Source: Candidatus Izemoplasmatales bacterium
Lineage (GTDB): Bacteria; Bacillota_I; Bacilli_A; Izemoplasmatales; Hujiaoplasmataceae
Length of the DNA stretch: 64,000 nt
Assembly (NCBI GenBank): GCA_050177605.1
Contig: JBFXGX010000002.1
Coordinates: forward strand, 32,001 to 96,000
Reading direction: 5' to 3'
The notes beneath the pieces are model-generated. The model saw only the letters and a list, made by a program, of their open reading frames with translations. It had not been told where the DNA came from and did no database searches. Each line of letters begins with the position of its first letter. Position 1 is the stretch's first letter. The position numbers and the translations under genes are program-made. Below, piece by piece: positions 9,065-18,456 of this stretch.

Positions 9065-9829
9065 ATGAGTACAAAAGTTAAATTAGCCGAACGAGTCGTA
9101 TATGCTTCCAGAGCTACGAGAATAGCTAAGGCTAGTCGCTTAGGAATCATCGTAAGTGCAGTACTAACTTTTCTGATCTTCGCAATATCATATTATGGAG
9201 AGGTCGTCGGAAATTTCACATTCAGCGTTGATAGATTCGCAGAAGAAGCTGGAATAACAATTTACGACAATTCAATTACAAAGAATTACACATCAAGACT
9301 TGCCTCAGCCAAAGTAGATAATGCAGACGGAATGACTGGATATTGTGGTACAGAATACACTACATTCCCAGTTGGACATGAGTTGTGTGTCCCAACCGAT
9401 GACGTTGTTACAAGCGTGGATGGATCAAACAATGGAACATCATATCTTGCCTACACATTTTATGTAGAGAACGCAGGAGATGCTACTGTTGATCTTACCG
9501 CAACCATTAAAATCATCTCCGCAACGAAGGGCGCAGATCAAGCCATTAGGGTCAGAGTGATTATCGATGGGGTAGGAACCACTTACGCAGCAAGACAAAC
9601 GGATAAAGGTGTTGCTCCGGGGGAACTAGAACCGCTTACAGAAGCATTTTACGCTCTCACTACCGTTATGTATCAAGAGTATTACATGTTCAGACCAGGC
9701 GATGTAAAAAAAATAACCGTTCTGCTCTGGTATGAAGGTGAAGACGCTGATCACAATCAAGACATTGTTGGCGGCGGTGTAAAACTAGAGATGGACATTT
9801 CCGTTTCCTACGTTTATGAGCTCGAATAG
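9065..9829 (+). CDS. Membrane-anchored TasA/camelysin-like hypothetical protein (putative fibre anchor or minor subunit)
   Basis: Single N-terminal hydrophobic helix, beta-rich body (YTFYVENAG) and C-terminal ITVLLWYEGEDAD motif shared with the next ORF. Start ATG 9065 or 9053 (GGAGG 9046-9050). Confidence 0.6.
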   Translation: MSTKVKLAERVVYASRATRIAKASRLGIIVSAVLTFLIFAISYYGEVVGNFTFSVDRFAEEAGITIYDNSITKNYTSRLASAKVDNADGMTGYCGTEYTTFPVGHELCVPTDDVVTSVDGSNNGTSYLAYTFYVENAGDATVDLTATIKIISATKGADQAIRVRVIIDGVGTTYAARQTDKGVAPGELEPLTEAFYALTTVMYQEYYMFRPGDVKKITVLLWYEGEDADHNQDIVGGGVKLEMDISVSYVYELE

Positions 9830-9902
9830 ATCTTACTAGGAAAACAAAGAAACACAAGACAAAAAAACAAAAAAAAATAAAAATCCAAAAGGGGAAAAAA
9901 TT

Positions 9903-10841
9903 ATGAAAACATTAAGAAACAAAGTTATTCTTTCAGCAGTCGTATTAGCTTTCGCATTAATCGCAACAATCGGTTCAACTTATGCATGGTTCACAGTATC
10001 TCAAACAGCAACTGTAGAATCAATGACATTAAACGTTACAGCAGCTAACTCTTTATTAGTTAGAGTGTATGATGGTGAAGATCCAGTTGCAAACGAAGTT
10101 GATTTAAAAACAGCTACTAATTATACTACTACAATTACAAATGCAGTTATCACAGCTTCAAGTTTATATACTAATTTAGCTACATATAAATTACAACCTG
10201 TTACTGCTATTCAAGATGGATATGATTCACTAGATGCTGGTACTTTAGGATATTTAGCAGACTTAACTGATTATACTCATACCATTACTGCTTTATCAAA
10301 TGATGTTCTAGACGGTGCTTTTAATTCATCTACTGGTTATTTCGTAGAACTAAAATTCTGGGTTTTACAACAAACAGGTGTTAACCAAAACTTATTATTA
10401 AATACTTTGTCAGTTCAAGCAGCTGATCAAGATGGAACAAGAGAAGATATCATCAACACTGTAAGATTATCAGCAGGTACTGCTTCTGCATCCTTAATTT
10501 ATGCACAAGGTGGAACTGCAGCATTAGCAAACGATTATGGTTTTGCATTCGTAGCTGGATTACCAGGATATACAGCAGCACCAGGTGCTGGAGAATTTAA
10601 TTCAATCGCAGCAGGCGACTTAACAACAATCACAACAAATGCTCTAGATGCATCTTCTGCAGGTGTAACTGGCGCTACAGTAGCAGATGGAGCTTCTGTC
10701 ATCGCTACACTAACAAATAACACTCCAACATTAATCACTGTAAGAATTTATGTTGAAGGTTGGGATGCTCAAACTACAAACGACGTAATTCAAGCTCAAT
10801 TTAATATTGCATGGTCTTTCATTATTGATGCTGCTGTTTAA
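9903..10841 (+). CDS. SipW-dependent signal-peptide protein (TasA-like putative major fibre subunit)
   Basis: N-terminus MKTLRNK...ATIGSTYA/WFT is the SipW-cognate signal peptide pattern; Thr/Ala-rich; C-terminal ITVRIYVEGWDAQ. Confidence 0.8.
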   Translation: MKTLRNKVILSAVVLAFALIATIGSTYAWFTVSQTATVESMTLNVTAANSLLVRVYDGEDPVANEVDLKTATNYTTTITNAVITASSLYTNLATYKLQPVTAIQDGYDSLDAGTLGYLADLTDYTHTITALSNDVLDGAFNSSTGYFVELKFWVLQQTGVNQNLLLNTLSVQAADQDGTREDIINTVRLSAGTASASLIYAQGGTAALANDYGFAFVAGLPGYTAAPGAGEFNSIAAGDLTTITTNALDASSAGVTGATVADGASVIATLTNNTPTLITVRIYVEGWDAQTTNDVIQAQFNIAWSFIIDAAV

Positions 10842-10867
10842 TTAGAACAATTACAATTATAAAGTAA

Positions 10868-10935
10868 CCTAATAGGTAAAAACATAACTTAGGGAGCTCC
10901 CCTAAGTTATGTTACCTTATAGGGATTGTTTTTTT
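10868..10935 (+). terminator. Long stem-loop/terminator after the putative major subunit gene
   Basis: Perfect 14-bp stem AACATAACTTAGGG (10881-10894)/CCCTAAGTTATGTT (10900-10913), extended by flanking pairs; T-tract shortly downstream. Confidence 0.7.
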
Positions 10936-11099
10936 CAGAATCAATCAAAATTGGTTTTGAAAAAGATGATTCGTATAGAAAAGCACAAAATGGCCGTAAA
11001 TTTTATAGTTTTTTCACAAAATAATGATGAAATATTCGCCTTTTTATAATATAATTAAATGTGACAGATAAATTTAAGATAATATTAAGGAGTGTTTTT

Positions 11100-11825
11100 A
11101 TGGAAAATACGGTCAAAAAAGGTAAAACAGTAAAAACGATATTAAATGTTGTATTTTACGTGTTTCTTGTTCTTGTAGTATTGTATTCAGTGTTAGCACT
11201 ATTCTCAACACAAGACAATAATCGAACATCAGTTTTAGGAATGTCTGCGTTAACAGTTCAATCAAATTCAATGAGTCCGACTTTTAAAGAAGGTGACCTC
11301 ATTTTCATTGATACGAATTTTAATGTAGAAGATTTAGCAGTTGGAGATGTAATTACCTATCTGATGATCGTCGATACAGTTGATGGTCCAGTACAAATTT
11401 ACAACTCCCATAGAATTACAGAAATAACAGTTATTGATGGTGTTTATTGGTTTACAACACAAGGAGATAACACTGTTACAAATCCAACCGAAGATGCAAA
11501 CCCAGTTTTTCAAAATGATATCATTGGTGTATGGGGTGGAACAGTATGGGCGAATGTAGGAACAGGACTTGATAGTCTAATCACATTCTTAAAATCACCT
11601 ACAGGATTCTTCTTATTCATTGTATTACCCGTCTTTGCTTTCCTTGTTTACCAAGCAGTTCGTTTCATTGGAATAATGACAGAGTACAATACTCAAAAAG
11701 CTCTTGGTTCAAGAGTATCAGTAGAGGAAGAAGCCATTAAGATTGCAAGAGCACAAATCGAAGCAGAAATGCGCGAAAAAGCTCTAAAAGATCAAGAAAC
11801 GAAAGATCAAGAAGCAAAAAAATAA
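11100..11825 (+). CDS. sipW: Signal peptidase I, SipW/ER (Ser-His) type
   Basis: TM helix, VQSNSMSPTFKEGD (Ser), SHRI (His), TQGDN, second TM helix. Start ATG 11100 after AAGGAG. Confidence 0.88.
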   Translation: MENTVKKGKTVKTILNVVFYVFLVLVVLYSVLALFSTQDNNRTSVLGMSALTVQSNSMSPTFKEGDLIFIDTNFNVEDLAVGDVITYLMIVDTVDGPVQIYNSHRITEITVIDGVYWFTTQGDNTVTNPTEDANPVFQNDIIGVWGGTVWANVGTGLDSLITFLKSPTGFFLFIVLPVFAFLVYQAVRFIGIMTEYNTQKALGSRVSVEEEAIKIARAQIEAEMREKALKDQETKDQEAKK

Positions 11826-11880
11826 ACGTCAATCAACTCATATATACTTGTATATATAACAAGAAGGGGGATTCGACACT

Positions 11881-13551
11881 ATGAATGAATTTTCACATTA
11901 TTTTGTTGAACTATTTAAACGAATATGGGAAGATACAGTCTATCTATTCAGAGATGCAATTTGGAACAGTATTATCAAAAAGTTTTTTGAAAATCTTGCT
12001 TCCTATTGGCGACTATTATTAGATAGCTCATCCAATTTTAGTGTTATATCCTGGACTATGGTTGCTCTAACCAGTGTCATCTTCTTGTTTTTTATTATTT
12101 TAGTTATCGCACAAATTGTTATCTGGTGGCGTAAATTCGCTTCATTCAGAAAAATTGAAATAGAAAAAAATGAGCTTATAGAAGAAATCGCTATGCTGAA
12201 CGATCGTGTGATCGCCCTTATGGATGAAAAGAATCAAATCATGGCGATGAAAGTATCTCAACTTGGAATAAATGCAACCACAGGTGCTCCAGCAGAACAA
12301 GTAATCACTGGACCACTGGGATACCAACAAAGAGTTCAACCAGCGTATGCCGGAGCAGGATATACGCAAGCTGGACCAATTCAAAGATCATATCAAGGTG
12401 TTGGTACACCTGAAGAACCTGTTCAAGAATCACGTGCTGCTCAAGCTGCTGCAGCTGCCGGTCCATCTAGATTCGTTAAATTAATCCAAGTAGATAAAGA
12501 ATACTCTGGAAAAGATACACATATTTATATGGAAGAAGAAGATTATATCTCTTTACCAGAATTAGTCACTCATTTTATTAATTTCTCAGCTTCACAATTA
12601 AAACTCTACTACACACCTAAAATGATTTCTTATTTCTTCGCAGGTATGGCTGCTTCAAAAGTAATCATCCTAGAAGGTATCTCAGGTACAGGTAAAACAT
12701 CTTTACCTTATGCTATGGCGAAATTCTTTAACAATAATGCCGCAATGATTTCCGTTCAACCTTCTTGGAGAGACCGTGCTGAAATCATCGGTTATTTAAA
12801 TGAATTTACAAAACGATTTAATGAAACGGATTTCTTAAAAGCTTTATATGAATCAACTTATCGTAAAGATGTCAATTTCATCGTTCTCGATGAAATGAAC
12901 TTAGCGAGAATTGAGTATTATTTCGCAGAGTTCTTATCGATTATGGAAATGCCTGACCCTTCAGAATGGAAAATCGACTTAGTTCCAGATTCCAAACCGA
13001 ATGATCCATTAAAAGTAATCAATGGTAAAATCGCTGTTCCAATGAACGTATGGTTTGTTGGTACTGCGAATAAAGATGATTCAACGTATACGATTACAGA
13101 TAAAGTATATGACCGTGCTATCGCACTTGAATTTGAATCGAAAGGAGTGTTCTTCCAAGCTCCTGAAACTCCTTCAGTTCATATGTCCTATTCTTATTTA
13201 CAAGAATTATTCGACGAAGCTTTTTATAAATACCCAGTGTCCGAAGAATTATTAAATAAATTCTCAATCTTAGATAAATATGTTCAAGCAAACTTTAAAA
13301 TAGCCTTTGGTAACCGTATTATGGTTCAAGTTCACAAATTTGTTCCTGTCTTCGTTGCGACTGGCGGAAATGAAGAAGAAGGTCTTGACTATATCTTCGC
13401 CAACAAGATTTTAAGAAAATTCGAAAGCCTTAACTTAGCATTCTTACATGAAGAGTTAGAAGAACTCATCAACCAAATCCAAAAGATTTTTGGGAAAAAT
13501 GGATTCGAAGAATCTGTTAAATTCATCAAAAACTTGATGAAATTGATGTAG
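11881..13551 (+). CDS. McrB-family AAA+ NTPase with N-terminal transmembrane segment
   Basis: Walker A GISGTGKT, VQPSW, Walker B VLDEMNLARIEYYFAEFLS, McrB signature GTANKDD (NxxD), KVYDRA; hydrophobic helix at about aa 54-83. Confidence 0.85.
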   Translation: MNEFSHYFVELFKRIWEDTVYLFRDAIWNSIIKKFFENLASYWRLLLDSSSNFSVISWTMVALTSVIFLFFIILVIAQIVIWWRKFASFRKIEIEKNELIEEIAMLNDRVIALMDEKNQIMAMKVSQLGINATTGAPAEQVITGPLGYQQRVQPAYAGAGYTQAGPIQRSYQGVGTPEEPVQESRAAQAAAAAGPSRFVKLIQVDKEYSGKDTHIYMEEEDYISLPELVTHFINFSASQLKLYYTPKMISYFFAGMAASKVIILEGISGTGKTSLPYAMAKFFNNNAAMISVQPSWRDRAEIIGYLNEFTKRFNETDFLKALYESTYRKDVNFIVLDEMNLARIEYYFAEFLSIMEMPDPSEWKIDLVPDSKPNDPLKVINGKIAVPMNVWFVGTANKDDSTYTITDKVYDRAIALEFESKGVFFQAPETPSVHMSYSYLQELFDEAFYKYPVSEELLNKFSILDKYVQANFKIAFGNRIMVQVHKFVPVFVATGGNEEEGLDYIFANKILRKFESLNLAFLHEELEELINQIQKIFGKNGFEESVKFIKNLMKLM

Positions 13552-13561
13552 GTGAATAACC

Positions 13562-15148
13562 GTGATTGATAGAGATGCGAGTAGATATTATAAAAAAATA
13601 AATACAACATTTGTTGGCGTAAATAAACAAGATGATTTCGCGAAAATGTTTATCAATCTATTAGAGAGCGGGAATACGACTTTGTATCAAAAAGAACGTC
13701 GTGAACGTCGAATCTTCGACGATTCATGGATGGATTCTGTTGAGCAAGCGATTCCCGTCATTGATAAATTGACACGAAAACCGAGAGAAACACTTAAAAA
13801 AACAAGCATGGTTGTGCCTGTTGAAAGAGCAAAGAAAATTGATAAAGAGACCGTGAGGCATCTTTCTCAAAATACGCAGTTAATTCGAAGCATTGACCGC
13901 GAAGGAAATGTTATTCCTTCAAAGGTTTTAACGAGCTTTTCAGAGTCAGATTTAGGAACATATGAAAATCGTTTCTTACGCTCTTTGGTTGATAATCTCT
14001 TTATCTTCATTGAAAAAAGATACGATCTTATCATCAAAAAAATGCATACTGAATATGTCAATTTCTTGAATGTAAAATCTGAAATTGAATGGATGGGTGC
14101 GACCATTGATTATGATGTTACTTTTCAAATTCATCAAAATATGGAACAAGATGAAATCGATCAAAAGAATCAAGTTTTACTAGATCGTATTACCGAGATG
14201 AGAACATCCATCACGAACTTCAAAATGTCGAAATTTATGCTCGATATGAAAGCTTTCCCTGGTGTTGTTCCACCGATTATGCAAACCAATCTTTTACAAA
14301 AAAATGTTGATTTCCGTAAATGTTATGATTTATGGATATTAATCGAGCAAGTCGATCGTATTGGATACGATGTTGACGTTTTCGAAAGAAATGTTGAATT
14401 TAAAGATAAATATCTTGCAGATATTGAAAATGCCATGATGGTACTTTACGCAGCAGTTGCGAATAACCAAACAAGCGAATTTGTTTTGAATCAACAAGAT
14501 CCCTACGTTTATCGTAAAACAAGACGCCCAAAAGTCATGAAGAATAACCCTGCAGATATTACGATTGATCCAGGATACTATCAACTTGAAAATTATGGCT
14601 TAAGCCAATACTATTTAGAGCAAATCAAAAAAAGTAATTATTCCCGTTTTAAAACACTAACTGAAGCTGGAATTACTTTAAATGAGTCTGTCGATATTGT
14701 TTTCAAACAATTAGGAAATATTACGAATGCAGTTTACGAAGACTATATCCAAACGAATTATCATCCAGAAACAAAGGAAACGCTTGAAGAAAAAGTAGCG
14801 GTTCAAGAAGAGATTATTGAGTTATATAAAAAAATTGAACAAATCAAAAGAGATGACTTAAAAACTTTAGCTACGCAAAAAGCCATCGCTTTACTTAATC
14901 TACGAAACTATAAAGATGATATCGCCAAGAAAAAAGAATTAGAGCGTCTTGAGGAAGAAAAAGAAAAAGAACTTGAACGCTTAGAAAAAGAAAGACAAAA
15001 GAAAATAAGAGAAGAAGAACGCCTTGCAAAACAACGTAAAATTGAAGCTGCTAAGAAAATATTAGCAGAAGAAAAAGCGAAACGAAAAGCAAGAGAAAAG
15101 AAAAAACAAAGATCTGTATCTTCAAAAAAAGAAAAATTAAATAAATAA
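13562..15148 (+). CDS. DUF2357/McrC N-terminal-like protein with K/E-rich C-terminal coiled coil
   Basis: TYENRFL and FRKCYDLW motifs typical of McrC/DUF2357 partners; immediately follows the McrB-like gene; C-terminus is a charged helix. Confidence 0.7.
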   Translation: MIDRDASRYYKKINTTFVGVNKQDDFAKMFINLLESGNTTLYQKERRERRIFDDSWMDSVEQAIPVIDKLTRKPRETLKKTSMVVPVERAKKIDKETVRHLSQNTQLIRSIDREGNVIPSKVLTSFSESDLGTYENRFLRSLVDNLFIFIEKRYDLIIKKMHTEYVNFLNVKSEIEWMGATIDYDVTFQIHQNMEQDEIDQKNQVLLDRITEMRTSITNFKMSKFMLDMKAFPGVVPPIMQTNLLQKNVDFRKCYDLWILIEQVDRIGYDVDVFERNVEFKDKYLADIENAMMVLYAAVANNQTSEFVLNQQDPYVYRKTRRPKVMKNNPADITIDPGYYQLENYGLSQYYLEQIKKSNYSRFKTLTEAGITLNESVDIVFKQLGNITNAVYEDYIQTNYHPETKETLEEKVAVQEEIIELYKKIEQIKRDDLKTLATQKAIALLNLRNYKDDIAKKKELERLEEEKEKELERLEKERQKKIREEERLAKQRKIEAAKKILAEEKAKRKAREKKKQRSVSSKKEKLNK

Positions 15149-15164
15149 CATTAAGGAGAGGTGA

Positions 15165-15791
15165 ATGAAAATGAAAAAACGACTGTCTCTATCATTATTA
15201 GCATTGATAGGTTCCGTTTTTATGTTTGTTGTTGCCTCTTTTGCTTGGCTTCAAGTGAGTGGAGTTGTGAATATTTTCGGTCCTACTGCTTCTGTGAATA
15301 ATGTTCAGTCAGAAGCTGTTATTTATACCTCAACTGATGGAACCAACTATTCAGAAACGGAATCAATTAACGTAGCGACTGGTTCTCCTGGAAATAGTTA
15401 CTACTTCCAAATCGTAGTTACAAATACTGGCACAATCGCATCCACATCTCGCGTGATGCTCTATAGTTTCACGGATTCGTTATCGAATCCAAATGGAACC
15501 AACGCTGGGTTGCTTGCAGGATTATCTTTAACCCAGGTGATTCGTGTTTCTACGTCAAACAACTATAATGCAGATACGATTCAAAATACATTAATGGTTG
15601 ATTTGTTACCGACTGATACTGGTGGAGACTTTACGACTTCTTATCTAACTTTGTTAGAAGGCATTTTTTTAGAACCCAATGAAACTGCCATTTTATACGT
15701 TACTTTTACCCTCGATGAAGATACATCCAATGATTATCAAAATTTAAATTTACTCATTGGTAGCGTATCGATTTCATCGGTAAGTGAGTAG
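15165..15791 (+). CDS. SipW-dependent signal-peptide protein (TasA/camelysin-like)
   Basis: MKKR + hydrophobic stretch + ASFA/WL; C-terminal LEPNETAILYVTFTLDEDTSNDYQN resembles the camelysin/TasA C-terminal motif. Confidence 0.75.
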   Translation: MKMKKRLSLSLLALIGSVFMFVVASFAWLQVSGVVNIFGPTASVNNVQSEAVIYTSTDGTNYSETESINVATGSPGNSYYFQIVVTNTGTIASTSRVMLYSFTDSLSNPNGTNAGLLAGLSLTQVIRVSTSNNYNADTIQNTLMVDLLPTDTGGDFTTSYLTLLEGIFLEPNETAILYVTFTLDEDTSNDYQNLNLLIGSVSISSVSE

Positions 15792-15799
15792 GTGATACG

Positions 15800-16396
15800 A
15801 TGAAAAAATGGACTTTATTTTTCTCGATATCTTCTTTACTTCTCATTGTAGTTTCACTCGTGATGTTAAGTATAACTTATGGTTGGTTTACTGCACTATT
15901 TTCCATTCCTGATGGAGAAGTAGGTGTGGGTGCACTAGATTACACTGCTAGTGGAAGTTTTGTCCAAGATAATACGATTTTCGTTCCTGAAGAAGAACTG
16001 GTCAATACTGCTTTTGAGGTAGACAATCAATCCTCATTAAAATCGCAATTGCGAATTCAAATAACGTATACGAAAGTAGTCAACAACGCCGGAACAATCA
16101 CTTCGTCAACGCAAATTTATCATGATGATTCAACGGATCATTTATCGGTTGTGATGAATGAGAACTTTGTTCAAAGCGGAGACTATTTCTACTTTGGTGG
16201 CGATACTTATGATATCCTTACTTATTCTGGTGTCATTTCATTAATTACCTCCATTGTTTATGATGGTAACTTTGCGGGTATTGACTATGAAAATATGCCG
16301 ATATCCATTTCCATTACGATACAAGTCAAACAAGCGGACAATGTCACATGGTCTGATCTTGCAGGATACGATTTTTCGACAGGATTACCTGCATAA
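15800..16396 (+). CDS. SipW-dependent signal-peptide protein (TasA/camelysin-like)
   Basis: MKK + hydrophobic stretch + ITYG/WFT; C-terminal GIDYENMPISISITIQVKQ. Confidence 0.75.
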   Translation: MKKWTLFFSISSLLLIVVSLVMLSITYGWFTALFSIPDGEVGVGALDYTASGSFVQDNTIFVPEEELVNTAFEVDNQSSLKSQLRIQITYTKVVNNAGTITSSTQIYHDDSTDHLSVVMNENFVQSGDYFYFGGDTYDILTYSGVISLITSIVYDGNFAGIDYENMPISISITIQVKQADNVTWSDLAGYDFSTGLPA

Positions 16397-16411
16397 AAAA
16401 GAGGTGAAAAA

Positions 16412-17044
16412 GTGCTAAAGAAAGTACTTAAAAAAATATTACAAGCCCTGCCTTTTATCTTCTTTGCATTAGCCTTTTTCCTTATTGTCCAAGTGCTTGT
16501 TGCAATTAAGAATGATCGAACACCAGATTTCTTTGGTTATTCAGTATTTCTTGTTGTATCCCCTTCAATGGAAGATACAATTATGACTGGGGATATTATT
16601 TTTGTTGATACTTCCATCACAGATTATGAAGTTGGCGACATCATTTCATTTCACCGTCCTGATGATGAGTCAATCATTATTACACACCGCATCGTTTCCA
16701 TCAATGAACTTGATGGTAATCTGTTAATTACGACACAGGGTGATAATAATTTCGAATCGTTATCTTGGGAAAAAGACTTTACGGTAGACCATATTATTGG
16801 GGTTTATCAAGGGAAGTCAACCTTCTTAGGGAATATCTATTCTTTTATCTACACAGGTGGCGTTAGTTTAATTTATGGTGTCGTGATTTTAGCGTTTTTA
16901 ACGATTGGTGTTACTGAAGCTATTTCGATTGTGAAGACTTTGTCAAAAGCAAAAGTGGAAGAAGAAGAGAAAAAGAAACAAGAACTCATTGAAATCGAAA
17001 AAGAACGACTTCGAAAAGAATTTGAGGAAGAAAATAAACAATAA
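16412..17044 (+). CDS. sipW: Second signal peptidase I, SipW type
   Basis: VVSPSMEDTIMTGD, ITHRIV, TQGDNN; two TM helices; GTG start after GAGGTGA. Confidence 0.88.
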   Translation: MLKKVLKKILQALPFIFFALAFFLIVQVLVAIKNDRTPDFFGYSVFLVVSPSMEDTIMTGDIIFVDTSITDYEVGDIISFHRPDDESIIITHRIVSINELDGNLLITTQGDNNFESLSWEKDFTVDHIIGVYQGKSTFLGNIYSFIYTGGVSLIYGVVILAFLTIGVTEAISIVKTLSKAKVEEEEKKKQELIEIEKERLRKEFEEENKQ

Positions 17045-17083
17045 AATAAACGCACACTTTTTTGGGAGTGTGCGTCTTTTTTT
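17044..17083. terminator. Bidirectional intrinsic terminator
   Basis: ACGCACACT (17050-17058)/AGTGTGCGT (17067-17075) with A-run before and T-run after, between convergent genes. Confidence 0.8.
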
Positions 17084-17086
17084 ACT

Positions 17087-18334
17087 TTATTTCGATTGCT
17101 TTTCTAACCAAATCGCTTTCAGTTTATCATAGGTTGCTTGAGGGATATCTGGATTTCCTTTGGAATAACACGGAAAGACTTGGTCTCCCGCCACAAGCGG
17201 ATCTGTACAAGCAAAGTTATATCGATATTTTTCTCTTTCTTCTTTATTTCTAAAATTAGGAATGAACTGTTCACTACCCCCCTGTAAGATACTTTGATAC
17301 GCAAAATATCCAGGTAAAAACATATCGAGTGCTTCATACACATCAATGGTATCCGCAAGAGGATTTCCTTTTATTTTTTCGATAAAGTGATGCATCGTAT
17401 AAAAATCACTACCGCCATGACCATAGCCCTTCGCTAAATGATGTTTAAATGTTTTTGGAAGATAGGTCTGAACATTGTTTTGAAATTCATTTTCAACTTC
17501 ATCGAAATTTGTATAGATTCTTTCTATATCACCTTTCAGGGCATCTTCTCTTGCGCTTTCCATTCTTCCCTTGGTTCCATAAAGCGAAAACCAAATCGAG
17601 TTCTTCGCTAAATCTCCATGGATACTTTTCAAAATCGCTCCGTTTTCTAGCGTGATCATCTCAATTCCTGCAGTTCCACCAAGTTTTCCCATTTCTTCAG
17701 CACGAGAAGTTCTAGGTAATTCGAATCCAATGACTTTTGTTGGTCTTAGTCCGGTAATATGCAAAATAGGTCCAATCGAATGCGTTGCATAATAAGTAGC
17801 GTACATATGATTTCGCCAATGCTCTTTATCTCCATAAGTAATGTCAGCCCAAATTGGGTGACAATTATGAATATACTCACTTTCAGCGTACTCTAGATTC
17901 CCAAGTTTTCCTTCGCGATATAATTTTTTCATTTCCATCGGAGATGGCATATAACAATAGTTTTCAGCGTAGGCATAGATTTTATCTGATTTTTCAACAG
18001 CTTCACAAAGCATTACAGCCTCCGCGAGCGTTTGAATAGGCAGTACCTCACTAAGAACATGCTTTCCTGCTTCAAGTGCTTGTATTGCAAATTTAGCGTG
18101 TTCTGTAGCGTAATTCGCAAGAACAACCGCATCCATATCGTATTTTAAGAATTCTTCATAATTGGTGAAGTATTGAATAGAGTCATCCTTTGTCTCTTCT
18201 TTCAGCTTCATAAGACCTTCTTCCCAAAAATCACAAATTGCGACGAGTATTGCATTGGATACCGTGCTGGCATATTCAATCATCGTTCTTCCTCTTCCGA
18301 TTCCAATGACACCAATTTTTACTTTTTTCATCAT
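17087..18334 (-). CDS. Gfo/Idh/MocA family oxidoreductase
   Basis: Rossmann motif KIGVIGIGRG, AGKHVLSEV, YAENY and GHGGSD. Confidence 0.88.
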   Translation of the reverse strand: MMKKVKIGVIGIGRGRTMIEYASTVSNAILVAICDFWEEGLMKLKEETKDDSIQYFTNYEEFLKYDMDAVVLANYATEHAKFAIQALEAGKHVLSEVLPIQTLAEAVMLCEAVEKSDKIYAYAENYCYMPSPMEMKKLYREGKLGNLEYAESEYIHNCHPIWADITYGDKEHWRNHMYATYYATHSIGPILHITGLRPTKVIGFELPRTSRAEEMGKLGGTAGIEMITLENGAILKSIHGDLAKNSIWFSLYGTKGRMESAREDALKGDIERIYTNFDEVENEFQNNVQTYLPKTFKHHLAKGYGHGGSDFYTMHHFIEKIKGNPLADTIDVYEALDMFLPGYFAYQSILQGGSEQFIPNFRNKEEREKYRYNFACTDPLVAGDQVFPCYSKGNPDIPQATYDKLKAIWLEKQSK

Positions 18335-18456
18335 GTTTTACCCCCTTACGAATATACAGCGTCATTATATCAAAAAAGAATAAAAAAGCAATCATTAGTT
18401 TTTTAAGAAATCATGATTTATCTATGGTATAATATTTTAGTGTTGGAGGGTTGATG

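Noticed and set aside
9840..9900. A-rich homopolymer runs before the putative major subunit gene as a phase-variation tract
   Set aside because: Intergenic and not within a promoter spacer or CDS; more simply an unstructured translation-initiation region.
11840..11857. Palindrome ATATATAC-TT-GTATATAT between sipW-1 and the McrB-like gene
   Set aside because: Low-complexity AT repeat with no U-tract and no second copy noticed; chance occurrence is plausible.
11881..15148. Calling the pair a conventional McrBC restriction system or defence island
   Set aside because: No visible DNA-recognition domain, nuclease motif, methylase, integrase or other defence genes; it is tightly embedded in the sipW operon. 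Kept only as an alternative hypothesis.
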